From assembly GCF_001194135.2 (NCBI RefSeq), contig NC_068983.1, forward strand, positions 131,785,011 through 131,849,010: a stretch of DNA of 64,000 nucleotides. Reading direction: 5' to 3'. Origin of the DNA: Octopus bimaculoides. Taxonomy: Eukaryota. Every line of letters begins with the position of its first letter. The first letter of the stretch is position 1. The notes under the pieces are model-generated. The model ran no database searches, was not told the origin of the DNA, and saw only the letters and a list, made by a program, of their open reading frames with translations. Positions 62,913 through 64,000 of this stretch are shown here, one piece after another. A program made the translations under genes and the position numbers.

Positions 62913-64000
62913 CACAAACATGTATGCGGCACACATACACAGAGACATACAGACACAGAGACACACAGACACACAGACACATATATGTTGGGCAGTGTGC
63001 GGGACAAATATGAAAGCTTGTTGAATGACAGAGGAACTCATGACCGGTCAACGACCATCCGCGAAAGTGTACATATGTATATTATTTATGTATTTTAATT
63101 TAATGTTTTTTATATGTTTATACTTTTATATTTTTTAAATCCATATTCATGGGGTGAAGTATAAAATAAGTTATATTTCTTCTGAAATCCTTGATTTTCA
63201 AAGAAGGTGATAATCGGGTTTGGTTTGACGGTTTACTGAAAATGATAGAGATAACTCAGCTACTTCAACACAAATATGTACCCAGAAAATCACTTTTTCA
63301 GACGCACAAAAACAAAAAAAATAATAATATGAGCTGAAAGGAGTGCACATAGAGAAATAAGAGATAGGAAAGAAAATTGATACAGGGATTTGTCAAAGGA
63401 TATTCAATCAACTGCTGATTATATTAATACTAACATGTTTTATGCTATCTTACAAAAAACATATTTTTCCAAAGGCGCAAAAATTCCACCTTTCCACTGA
63501 AGCAATGGGCACATGCACATTAAATCAATGGATGGTATAGTAAAACGATGAAAAGAGCATTTTTCTAACATATTTTTCCGAAATTCTGGTTCCAATTATA
63601 TTATCTCCAATCTTCAGCAAATGTTAATCATTTATGAATTGAATAATATACTTTTAAATGAAGAGTTTTCAGTCTGTATTAAGAAACTTAATCCGGGAAA
63701 AGTGTTAGGAATAAATGGAATCGCAGCAGTGGAGTTTTCGGTTTAGAAGTGATTTTATGGCGAAATTAATGCAAAGCATAAGTTGTTATGTGTGAAAGAT
63801 AACAACAGTACCAAAAAGCGGGCACAAAAGGGAAATCACATGCTAAACGTCTGCCGGCAATGTACTTACTGGGATTCTTCTTGCACAATTAAACGATAAG
63901 ATTTCACCGAATTTTCTCCCAGAATCACGATGTGATTTTGCACGACATGGAGTTACCACGGGTATAAAATTTAATGCACATCCGGAGCAAGAAATATGTT

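Overview
AT-rich eukaryotic scaffold region with about 17 N-gaps, most of them flanked by microsatellites. The microsatellite density and the two dominant tRNA-derived SINE families resemble octopus (coleoid cephalopod) genomic DNA; this is my recollection of those repeats, not a database result. I could not identify a host protein-coding gene with confidence, and almost all listed ORFs are microsatellite, N-run or antisense-to-TE artefacts. The window is a transposon graveyard. It contains Penelope-like elements (PLEs) from apparently three lineages, two degenerate type-I hammerhead ribozyme motifs and two weaker variants. It also has a Tx1/L1-clade 3' fragment, two convergent R4/Dong-like halves, an RTE-like endonuclease remnant and several mariners and MITEs. 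The DNA-element remnants include a maT-like element, a Charlie/Buster hAT, piggyBac, three Helitron fragments and a Tigger-like MITE. Best leads: (1) a hAT transposase split almost exactly by a copy of its own terminus plus flanking DNA; (2) a mariner chimera with two 5' ends; (3) hammerhead motifs at about 31.0 kb and 48.15 kb; (4) nested insertions into SINEs; (5) a candidate 69-nt minus-strand exon at 27520-27588. All translations and alignments were done by eye, and boundaries are approximate unless a TA or TIR is quoted.
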